34,233 bases of DNA, taken from Candidatus Krumholzibacteriia bacterium (GTDB lineage: Bacteria; Krumholzibacteriota; Krumholzibacteriia; LZORAL124-64-63). Both the position numbers and the translations under genes were made by a program. The DNA lies in assembly GCA_046484865.1 (NCBI GenBank), contig JAWOID010000023.1, positions 1 through 34,233 of the forward strand, written 5' to 3'. Positions 24,383 to 32,134 of the stretch are shown here, piece after piece. A model generated the notes under the pieces. It had not been told where the DNA came from. It saw only the letters and a list, made by a program, of their open reading frames with translations, and ran no database searches. Position 1 is the first letter of the stretch. Each line of letters begins with the position of its first letter.

Positions 24383-26404
24383 GTGCGGTTATTCGTGTCC
24401 CCACGGGCAATTTACGTGCTCGTCGCCGCAATCGCAGCGGTTCTTGTCGTTCCGGCCGGGGCAGGCGCCGTCCACCTGCGCCTGCCGGCCGGGCTCGCTT
24501 CCCAGCACCTGGGTGCGTCGCTGAGCGAGCTCCGGGATCAGAACGGCGACGGCCGCGACGAGATCCTAATCGGTGTGCCGCACTGGTCCGGCACGGGCGC
24601 GAGCAGCGGACGTGCCCTCATCTGGTTCGGCGGGAACGCGCTGCCCTTGAGCCCGGACGTGACGTACACCGGTGCTCCCGGGGAGCTCTTCGGACACAGC
24701 GTCGCACGGGTGGGGGACCTGAACGGCGACGGCATCGACGACTTCGCGGTGGGTGCTCCCGGCGCGGACAACGCCGGCCAGGGCGCCGGGCGGGTGTACG
24801 TCTTCTTCGGCGGCACGCCGCTTCCGGCGACTGCCGACGCGATTCTCGAGGGCGCCCCGGGCGACTCCCTGGGCTGGTCGGTGAGCGCCGCCGGCGATCT
24901 GAACGCCGACGGTCGCGACGACCTGATCGCCGGTGCCCCCACCCGTTCCCAGGACGGATTGAAGCGCGGCGCGGCGTACGTCTACTACGGCGGCAGCTCG
25001 CTCGGCCCCGTCCCCGACCTCGTCCTGCACGGCGAGGTGGCGGGCGACCGCTTCGGCTGGTCGGTGACCGACTGCGGCGCCTTCACCGGCGAGAATGCCG
25101 ACTGCGTGGCCGTGGGGGCCCCGCTCAACGGTTCCAGGGCGGGCATCGAATCGGGCGCGGTGTACGTGTTCGAGGGGGCGACGAGCAGCCTGCAGGCGCC
25201 GGACGCCGCGTTCGACCTCGTCCTGGTCAGCGGCGGCACCGCGGGCGGTCGCTTCGGCCATGCGGTGCGCGGGGTGGGGCGGTGGAGCGGCGACTCCTAT
25301 CCCGATCTGGCGGCGAGCGCCCCGTGGCACAGCGCGCGCAACGGACGGGTCGAGATCTTCTTCGGCGGTCCGGAGGCCGGCGGCGCGGCCGACCGCTACG
25401 TGACCGGCGACTTCGGCGGCAACCTCTTCGGCTGGGCTCTGGCCGCTGCCGGCGACGTGACGGGAGGCAACGAGCACGATCTGATCATCGGGGCGCCGGG
25501 CCATACCGGCGACGGTGCCGATGCCGGCCGCGCCTACCTCTACCCGGGCGGTTCGCCCACGAGCCAGTCGGCGCGGGTGACGCTGACCGCCACCGGCATC
25601 CAGTCCGGGTCGATCGCCGGCGACTGGTACGGTTGGGCCGTGGCCGGCGGCGGCGACTTCGACGGCGACGGTGTGGCCGACTACTTCGTGGGGGCGCCCG
25701 AGGGGAACGACGACAACGGGATCGTTGCCGGGTACGTCCACGTGTACGACAGCGGCGGCGGCCAGGTGCCGACCCTGCTCCAGGACTGGTCGGCCGACTG
25801 GGCTCCGGACGGCGCGGTGCGGCTCCTGATGCGCCTTGCGGCGGGCGCGGTCCAGGGAGAGGCGGAGTTGCGGATCACGCGCGAGGTGCGTGACCGGGAC
25901 GCCGCCGGGCTGGAACGGCAACTCGTGCACGCCGGCCCGTGGCCGGCGGACGGCACGTGGCAGGGTCTCGACCCGCAGGCCGCCGCGGCGCTGGCAGGAC
26001 GGCCCGCCGATGCGGTCCTCACCTACGGCGTGGAACTCCGCTCGGCCGGCGGCGACGTCCTGGACCTGGGCTCCCAGCCCGGGCCGCAGGAGGCGGCGCC
26101 GCGACTCGCGACCGCGCTGGCGCGACCGTACCCGAACCCCGCCAACCCCGGCACGATCGTGCGTTTCCGCGCCCCGGCCGGCGTGCCCGTTCGCTGCGCC
26201 GTGCACGATCTCCGCGGTGCCCGCGTGGCGGTGCTGCATCGGGGCACCGGCACGGGCGCGTGGCAGGAGGTGCGCTGGGACGGCCATGGCGACGGTGCCG
26301 CCGCCGGCTCCGGGGCCGGCGGGCGCAGCCCGGCGGGCCTCTACCTCGTGCGGTTGAACGCCGGGGAGGAAGTGCGGGTGCAGCGCGTGGTCCTCGCGCC
26401 CTGA
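24383..26404 (+). CDS. Secreted FG-GAP/integrin-alpha-like beta-propeller protein with C-terminal T9SS-CTD/FlgD-like domain
   Basis: GTG start behind SD GGAGG; signal peptide; about 7 FG..V...GDxNGDGxxD...GAP repeats; C-terminal YPNP.NP...DLRG..V...WDG...GLYLVRL. Confidence 0.88.
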   Translation: MRLFVSPRAIYVLVAAIAAVLVVPAGAGAVHLRLPAGLASQHLGASLSELRDQNGDGRDEILIGVPHWSGTGASSGRALIWFGGNALPLSPDVTYTGAPGELFGHSVARVGDLNGDGIDDFAVGAPGADNAGQGAGRVYVFFGGTPLPATADAILEGAPGDSLGWSVSAAGDLNADGRDDLIAGAPTRSQDGLKRGAAYVYYGGSSLGPVPDLVLHGEVAGDRFGWSVTDCGAFTGENADCVAVGAPLNGSRAGIESGAVYVFEGATSSLQAPDAAFDLVLVSGGTAGGRFGHAVRGVGRWSGDSYPDLAASAPWHSARNGRVEIFFGGPEAGGAADRYVTGDFGGNLFGWALAAAGDVTGGNEHDLIIGAPGHTGDGADAGRAYLYPGGSPTSQSARVTLTATGIQSGSIAGDWYGWAVAGGGDFDGDGVADYFVGAPEGNDDNGIVAGYVHVYDSGGGQVPTLLQDWSADWAPDGAVRLLMRLAAGAVQGEAELRITREVRDRDAAGLERQLVHAGPWPADGTWQGLDPQAAAALAGRPADAVLTYGVELRSAGGDVLDLGSQPGPQEAAPRLATALARPYPNPANPGTIVRFRAPAGVPVRCAVHDLRGARVAVLHRGTGTGAWQEVRWDGHGDGAAAGSGAGGRSPAGLYLVRLNAGEEVRVQRVVLAP

Positions 26405-26447
26405 CCGTCCGGCGGCGATAAACCGCGGGTCTTCACCGGCGCGGCGG

Positions 26448-26476
26448 TTGTCTCCGGACCGTCCCTGTGTTAATTG
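26448..26476 (+). promoter_or_regulatory. Possible sigma70 promoter for guaA
   Basis: TTGTCT-N17-TAATTG with TG extended -10, about 70 nt before the ATG. Confidence 0.35.
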
Positions 26477-26545
26477 GATGCGAACCGATCCTGCCGGGCA
26501 CCGCCCGCCCGTCATCGACCCGCATTCGCCACCGGGGACGGAAGC

Positions 26546-28435
26546 ATGGAACACGACGCAATCGCCGTGGTCGACTTCGGCGGACAGTACGCCCATCTCA
26601 TCGCCACCAAGGTGCGCCGACACCGCGTCCTGGCGGAGATCGTCCAGCCCGAGGATCCGCTCGACGTCTTCGCCCGCTACCGCGGCATCATCCTCTCGGG
26701 CAGCCCCGCGCTCGCGTCGGCCGGGGAGGAGTCGGCCTACAACACCGCCATCTACGACCTGCTGGTGCCCATCCTCGGCTTCTGCTTCGGCCACCAGGAG
26801 ATCGCCAAGCATTACGGCGGGCAGGTCATCCACGGGCGGCAGGAGTGGGGCAGGAGCGACCTCCACCTGCTGCGCGAGCACCCGCTGTACGCGGGGCTGG
26901 GGCCGGTGGAGCAGGTCTGGATGAGCCACTTCGACTCGGTCACCGCCCTCGGTCCCGACTTCTTCGAACTGGGGTTCACCACCAGCGGCGAGGGCGGCGA
27001 GCAGCACCGCTTCGCCGCCATCGGCTCGGACCGGCACCTTCGCTACGGCTTCCAGTACCACCCCGAGGTGGACGACACCGTGCACGGCGATGCGATGATC
27101 GGCAACTTCGTGCTGAACATCTGCGGCTGTCGGCCCACCTGGACGCTGGAGAACTTCGTCGAGACCCAGGTGGAGAGCATCCGCGCCCAGGTCGGCGCCC
27201 GGTCGGTCTTCCTGCTCGCCTCCGGCGGCGTCGATTCCACGGTGGCCGCGCGTCTGTTCGGGGAAGCGCTGGGTCCGGACCGGCTGCACCTGCTGCACGT
27301 GGACAACGGTCTGATGCGCAAGGACGAGAGCCGCGCCGTGCTGCAGATCCTCCGCGACCTGGGTCTCGACCGTCACCTCCACTTCGTCGATGCCAGCGAT
27401 GTCTTCCTGGCCGCGCTGGCCGGCGTCACCGAGCCGGAACGCAAGCGGCGCATCATCGGCGACACGTTCATCGAGGTGTTCGAGAGCGAGGCCCGCCGTC
27501 TGGGCATCGAGGACCACCTGCTGGGGCAGGGGACCATCTACCCCGATACCATCGAGACCGGCGGCACGAAGCGGGCGGACACGATCAAGACCCATCACAA
27601 CCGGGTGCCGATCATCCAGGAGATGATCGATGCGGGCAAGGTGGTGGAGCCCCTCGCCGATCTCTACAAGGTGGAGGTGCGCGAACTGGGCGAGCTGCTG
27701 GGAATCCCCCGCGATCTGGTGTGGCGACACCCGTTCCCCGGCCCCGGGCTGGGGGTGCGCCTGCTGTGCAGCGATGGACGGGTGGCTGGCGCCGACGTGC
27801 TCGAGCGGGCGGCACCGGCGGTGGAGCAGCACGCTGCGCAGTTCGGGCTCGAGGGGACGGTGCTGCCGCTGCGCTCGGTCGGCGTGAAGGCGGACCTGCG
27901 TTCCTACGAGCACCCGGTGCTGCTGCAACCGGCCGCGTCCGGGGACCAGGGCCGGGGGCCGGGTGCGGGCGGGGCGGGCGCGAACCTGCCCCGGGACGAC
28001 GCCGGCTGGGAGCGCCTCGATCGCGCCATGCGCGAGATCCTCAAGTCCACCCCCGGCGTGAATCGCTGCCTGCTGAACCTCACCGGACGATCGCCGCAGG
28101 ACTGGGACCCGCGCGCGGCTCACACGACGCGCGCGCGCCTGGACCTGCTGCGCGAGGCCGACCATCTGGTGATGGAGGCTCTGCGCTCGCACGGCGTGCA
28201 CGACCAGGTCTGGCAGTGCCCCACCGTCTTCATCCCCGTCGTCGTGGACGGCGAGGCCGGCGAGCTGTGCGTCATCCGGCCCATCCACTCCGAGCGCGCG
28301 ATGACCGCCACCGCGGCGCGGTTGCCGCAGCCGCTGCTCGCCGAGCTGGTGCCCCGGCTGCTCGCGGTGCCCACGGTGGTGGCGGTCGCGTACGACCTCA
28401 CCAGCAAGCCCCCCGGCACCATCGAGTGGGAATGA
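26546..28435 (+). CDS. guaA: Glutamine-hydrolysing GMP synthase, long form (629 aa)
   Basis: VDFGGQY, GFCFGHQ nucleophile, QYHPEV, SGGVDS PP-loop, QGTIYPD, IKTHHN, RHPFPGPGLGVR, SKPPGTIEWE. Confidence 0.97.
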   Translation: MEHDAIAVVDFGGQYAHLIATKVRRHRVLAEIVQPEDPLDVFARYRGIILSGSPALASAGEESAYNTAIYDLLVPILGFCFGHQEIAKHYGGQVIHGRQEWGRSDLHLLREHPLYAGLGPVEQVWMSHFDSVTALGPDFFELGFTTSGEGGEQHRFAAIGSDRHLRYGFQYHPEVDDTVHGDAMIGNFVLNICGCRPTWTLENFVETQVESIRAQVGARSVFLLASGGVDSTVAARLFGEALGPDRLHLLHVDNGLMRKDESRAVLQILRDLGLDRHLHFVDASDVFLAALAGVTEPERKRRIIGDTFIEVFESEARRLGIEDHLLGQGTIYPDTIETGGTKRADTIKTHHNRVPIIQEMIDAGKVVEPLADLYKVEVRELGELLGIPRDLVWRHPFPGPGLGVRLLCSDGRVAGADVLERAAPAVEQHAAQFGLEGTVLPLRSVGVKADLRSYEHPVLLQPAASGDQGRGPGAGGAGANLPRDDAGWERLDRAMREILKSTPGVNRCLLNLTGRSPQDWDPRAAHTTRARLDLLREADHLVMEALRSHGVHDQVWQCPTVFIPVVVDGEAGELCVIRPIHSERAMTATAARLPQPLLAELVPRLLAVPTVVAVAYDLTSKPPGTIEWE

Positions 28436-28619
28436 CCGGGAATCGCTCCCGGCGGAGCCCCGTCCGGTGACGACGCTCCGTGCCCGGGTGTCTCTCCGCT
28501 TCCAACCCCACGGGCATGGCCGGCGTCCAGAAGACGTCGGCTCGCTCGCGCGGTGGTATCGGTGCCGGCCGAGCCGGGTTGGACGAGTGGAGACCTCGAA
28601 ACCTCGAGAGGAGACGCCG

Positions 28620-29783
28620 ATGACCGGACCAGCGCGCAGCCTCGCCCGCATCCTCGTTCTCGCCGGCGCTCTGACCGGTGCGGCCGCTCCGGACGCCGCC
28701 GCGGCGGAGCTGTCCAGCTTCCCGATCGCGTACGCGCAGGCCGTCGAGCCATGCCGGCCGCAGGTCGCCGCCGAGCGGGAAACGCGGATCGCCTCGATGC
28801 TCGCGAGCATCGAGGTCCGCCACGACGAGGCGCTGTTCGCGACCTTCGCCTGGCTGAACCTGGCGGGCAAGACGGCGGCCGACACCGCCGGTCTGGCGCC
28901 GGCGGGCCGCCATGCCTGGGAGCGTCTGCGCGAGGTCGTCAGCGCCGCGGATCTCGCTCGCTACCGGACCCATCACGCCGAGCTGGATGCGGCCTACGGA
29001 CACATGGTCGACTACCTGGGCACCGTGCTCGCCCTGAACATGTCGCCGCCGCCGGAACTGCGCGTCCTGTCGGTCGAGCTGAGCGAGTGGAACGCGACGC
29101 ACGGGGTCGAGGACCGCTGGACCGAGAAGCGCCTGGCCGAGCTCGAACCGCTGGCCGCGATCATCCGCGAGTTCTACGGCCGCTACCCGGTGCGTGCGAT
29201 CTTCGAGGAGTGCCGACCCTGGTACGAACCGGTCGGCGCCTCCGACCTGCAGCGCGCCGGCGACGTCGTCCGGCGATCGGTCGACACCCTGCGGCTGGCG
29301 GCCGGCGAACTGCCGGCGCTCTCGCGGATCGCCATCGTGCCCAATTTGCTCGGTTCGCGCGGGGAGATGGGACCGGAGTACCGGGGCGTGAAGTACGACG
29401 TCAAGGGGCCCAGGGTCAGCTCCACCTACCGCGCGCACGAGTTCCTCCACTCGCTGGTGGCGGGCTGCACGCGCGACCCTGCGGCTCGCGAACGCATCAT
29501 CGCGGCGATCGGCCCCACCTGGGAAGCGGCGGCCGGCACGCCGGCGGTCGGCAGCTACCCCGACCCGGTGCTCTGGTTCGACGACTGCCTGGTGCGGGCG
29601 CTGGACGCCGTCGTCATGCATCCCGACGATGCGGATGCCAGGACGCGGGAAGCGGCGTTCGAGGCGGAGCGGGGGTTCACGCTCGTGCCGGATATCCTCG
29701 CTGCGCTCGACGCGTTCGCGCGCGCGGAGGTGAGCTTCCCCGGCTGGTTCCCGGAACTGCTCACGCTGCTCGCGAGCCCGTGA
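28620..29783 (+). CDS. Secreted hypothetical protein with HExxH motif (putative zinc metallopeptidase, DUF4932-like)
   Basis: ATG behind SD GAGGAG; signal peptide ending DAAAA; AHEFLHSLV then WFDDCLVRAL. Confidence 0.7.
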   Translation: MTGPARSLARILVLAGALTGAAAPDAAAAELSSFPIAYAQAVEPCRPQVAAERETRIASMLASIEVRHDEALFATFAWLNLAGKTAADTAGLAPAGRHAWERLREVVSAADLARYRTHHAELDAAYGHMVDYLGTVLALNMSPPPELRVLSVELSEWNATHGVEDRWTEKRLAELEPLAAIIREFYGRYPVRAIFEECRPWYEPVGASDLQRAGDVVRRSVDTLRLAAGELPALSRIAIVPNLLGSRGEMGPEYRGVKYDVKGPRVSSTYRAHEFLHSLVAGCTRDPAARERIIAAIGPTWEAAAGTPAVGSYPDPVLWFDDCLVRALDAVVMHPDDADARTREAAFEAERGFTLVPDILAALDAFARAEVSFPGWFPELLTLLASP

Positions 29784-29819
29784 CGCGAGCGGTCGCCGCA
29801 CGGCATCGCCCGCAACGAC

Positions 29820-29851
29820 ACGGCGGGTCCAGCCGGAGCCAGACCCGCCGT
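29820..29851 (+). terminator. Hairpin after the HExxH gene
   Basis: ACGGCGGGTC-12 nt-GACCCGCCGT perfect 10-bp stem, 36 nt after the stop; no U-tract. Confidence 0.4.
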
Positions 29852-30173
29852 CGGCGGCGCCCCGCGGTGCTGCGGCGCGCCGTTTCCCTGCCAGACCTTC
29901 GGGCCCGGACCTGCCGGGAAGCCGCGTCGCTGGTGCCGAATCCCGTCACGCAGGGGGCGTCCGAGCGTCGAGGGAACCGCCGGCCTCGACGCCACGTCTG
30001 CAACGACTGTGCGCCCCCCGAGGTTCCCGGCCCCGGGTGGAGGCGCGAGAACGTACACGAAGAACGGGATCCGGGCAATCCACATTCGTCGCTGCGGGCA
30101 GCTACGGAGGAGGGCAAGAGGCGGTCGGCGGCCTGCCGAACCTCCGTCTGCGGTCCGTGCGCTGTGAAATCTC

Positions 30174-30229
30174 TTGAAAGGAGCTGGACCGTTCGACTAG
30201 GATGCAATCGCAATATATGATCAATTGAT
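30174..30229 (+). promoter_or_regulatory. Putative promoter with downstream palindromic operator for the XRE gene
   Basis: TTGAAA-N18-TAGGAT (30174-30203); perfect palindrome ATCAATTGAT (30220-30229) in an AT-rich island. Confidence 0.45.
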
Positions 30230-30263
30230 GAAAAGGACTGAGATACGACCGTCGGGAGGCTGC

Positions 30264-31877
30264 ATGGGTCCGCGCCCGGCCAACATCGATATCTCCGGAG
30301 GGGATTTCCCGAGCCGGCTGACGGAACTCCGCGAGCGGGCACGCCTCACCAAGGCCGAACTCGCGGCCAAGGGGGGGCTTTCCTACCGAACGGTCCACGA
30401 CCTCGAACTCGGCCGGCGCGAGCGGATCCAGGAGAAGACGCTGATCCTGCTGGCCGACTCGCTGGGGGTCACGCCGCTGGAGTTGTTGACCGGGAGCGCC
30501 CCGCCCGGAGAGGTCCGCCCCGAGGCTACGGTTCCGATGACGGCCGTATCCGGCCCACGAGCCCTGCCGCAGGGGGCGGAGGGACAGAATTCGGCGCCCG
30601 TGGAACCGCGTCCGGGCTGGAACGGATCGCCGGCGAGCGAGCTGCGAGGGAGCGAGCCCGGAGAGAGCGGGTCGCGAAGGAACGGGGCGGGAACGAGCGC
30701 GGCGGGAACGAGCGCGGCGGGAGCGAGCGAAGCGTCGCGCCTCGGCCTGCCGGAACGCTCGTCGATCGCACGGGCACGTCTCTGGCCGCTGGCGATGATG
30801 ATCGGCGCGTTGCTGCTGTTGTTCGGCGGAGGCGCGCTCGTCTGGACGGTCGGAGTCACGAAGGCGGACTGTCGTCTCGACGGCGGGGTGCTCGTGGCGC
30901 GCCACGGAGTGCTCGGCATCGAGATCTGGCGCTGGCGAGGTCCCGAACTGGTCAGGAGCTGCCACATAGCTCCGTGGTCCGATCGTGTTCTGCTCGCGGG
31001 TCTGGTCATGGGAGTCGAGAGCCGACTGGTGGCGCTCGACCGCGCGTCCGGCGCGCTGCTGTGGTCGGTCGACCCGGACGTGGACGAGTTGATTGCGGCG
31101 TTCGGGGCCGAGACCGTCACGGCGGGCACCATGAACTACGCGAGCCACCGCGCCTGCGATCTCGACGGCGACGGCGAACGGGAGATCATCGTCCGGTTCA
31201 CCCACTCGGTCTACTATCCGTCAGTTCTGTTGTGGGTGGCGCCGACGGGCGCGGTGCTCGGGCAATATGCCAACAAGGGGCACTTCCTCGACCTGCTCGT
31301 GGCCGATCTCGACGGCGACGGTCGCGACGAGGTGCTGGCGACCGGGACCAACAATACCCCGGCCTACCAGGGGGCCACGGTCGTGTTGCTCGATGGTGAC
31401 CATTTCCGCGGCGCCTCGACCGATGCCGCGGCCACCCCCGGCAGCACCGTGCCCGATTCTGCCGCCGTCCGGCTCGTCCTGCCGCATCTCGGCGAGCCGT
31501 ACATGGGACTGCTGGCCGCCAACCGGCTCCATGCCTACCGGCCCCAGGCGAGACGCGACAGCAACGGTGCCGTGCACTACTGCTTCGAGATCAACGGCGG
31601 GAATGTCCCCATCGGGCACCTCCTCGTCTTCACGAACGGTTCGCTGACCCCCACGACCGCCGACATCACGGACGGTTTCCTCGCTTACATCCTCAGCGCC
31701 TGGCCCGACTCGCTGCACGATACCGGGCCGGCCGATCCCGGGTGGCGCCAGGCGTGGCTGGACCGGCACCTGCGCTTCGAGGCGGGGCACTGGCCGCCCG
31801 GAGCGAGCCTGGCCTCGGCCCAGGCCGGGTCGACCGGGTCGACCGAGCCGTCCGGGTCGTCCAGGTCGATCAGATAG
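30264..31877 (+). CDS. XRE-family HTH protein with transmembrane helix and extracytoplasmic beta-propeller-like domain carrying DxDGDG loops
   Basis: RLTELRERARLTKAELA...TVHDLELGR...LADSLGV (HTH_3-like); disordered linker; TM LWPLAMMIGALLLLFGGGALVW; DLDGDGEREII and DLDGDGRDEVL; ATG 30264 follows SD GGAGG (ORF-track start 30225). Confidence 0.85.
   Translation: MGPRPANIDISGGDFPSRLTELRERARLTKAELAAKGGLSYRTVHDLELGRRERIQEKTLILLADSLGVTPLELLTGSAPPGEVRPEATVPMTAVSGPRALPQGAEGQNSAPVEPRPGWNGSPASELRGSEPGESGSRRNGAGTSAAGTSAAGASEASRLGLPERSSIARARLWPLAMMIGALLLLFGGGALVWTVGVTKADCRLDGGVLVARHGVLGIEIWRWRGPELVRSCHIAPWSDRVLLAGLVMGVESRLVALDRASGALLWSVDPDVDELIAAFGAETVTAGTMNYASHRACDLDGDGEREIIVRFTHSVYYPSVLLWVAPTGAVLGQYANKGHFLDLLVADLDGDGRDEVLATGTNNTPAYQGATVVLLDGDHFRGASTDAAATPGSTVPDSAAVRLVLPHLGEPYMGLLAANRLHAYRPQARRDSNGAVHYCFEINGGNVPIGHLLVFTNGSLTPTTADITDGFLAYILSAWPDSLHDTGPADPGWRQAWLDRHLRFEAGHWPPGASLASAQAGSTGSTEPSGSSRSIR
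30686..30730 (+). repeat. In-frame 15-bp tandem repeat, 3 copies (AGTSA)
   Basis: ggcgggaacgagcgc x2 plus ggcgggagcgagcga. Confidence 0.85.
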
Positions 31878-31973
31878 GGCTGTTTCAGTGGATTTCGCCG
31901 GCTTTCAACTCGGTTCGATAGCGCCGGACCGACCCTCGGGCGACAATTCCGGCAGGGAGCGACCGACGAGCGG

Positions 31974-32076
31974 GCTGCCCGAGGCGGAGGAGGCGTATCT
32001 CGTCTCCGATCAGGTGACCATCATCTCCCGTCTCTCGACCGCCATCATGCCGTGATCTCCTCCGACCTCGGGCAGC
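31974..32076. repeat. 19-bp inverted repeat with one bulge between the convergent XRE gene and metG
   Basis: GCTGCCCGAGGCGGAGGAG (31974-31992) versus CTCCTCCG-A-CCTCGGGCAGC (32057-32076). Confidence 0.85.
32010..32048 (-). CDS. Putative 12-aa Met-rich mini-ORF MMAVERREMMVT
   Basis: GGAGGAG SD 8 nt upstream of ATG ATG; 4 of 12 codons are Met; stop TGA; translation unproven. Confidence 0.3.
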   Translation of the reverse strand: MMAVERREMMVT

Positions 32077-32134
32077 AGCACTCCCCGCCACCGGCCCCGG
32101 TCTGCGCCGGCATGCGGGTCTTTCGCTCGCTTCC

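Noticed and set aside
22402..25893. 1163-aa plus-strand ORF
   Set aside because: Arg-rich off-frame or antisense translation overlapping the M23 and FG-GAP genes
26405..26545. Purine riboswitch upstream of guaA
   Set aside because: No purine aptamer consensus visible; only a GC-rich imperfect hairpin and promoter-like sequence
28455..28500. Glycine riboswitch-like GGAGAGAC...CACCG on the minus strand
   Set aside because: Lacks CCGAAG and CUCUCAGG core motifs and points antisense into guaA
24566..28885. 1439-aa minus-strand ORF
   Set aside because: Antisense shadow of the FG-GAP gene and guaA; stop-poor reverse frames are expected at this GC content; no recognisable motifs
29953..30045. tmRNA-like 5' end GGGGGCG
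   Set aside because: No matching D-loop consensus, T-arm or CCA acceptor end at a suitable distance
29555..30085. 176-aa minus-strand ORF divergent from the XRE gene
   Set aside because: No SD, low-complexity Pro/Arg/Ala composition, and overlap with the HExxH gene
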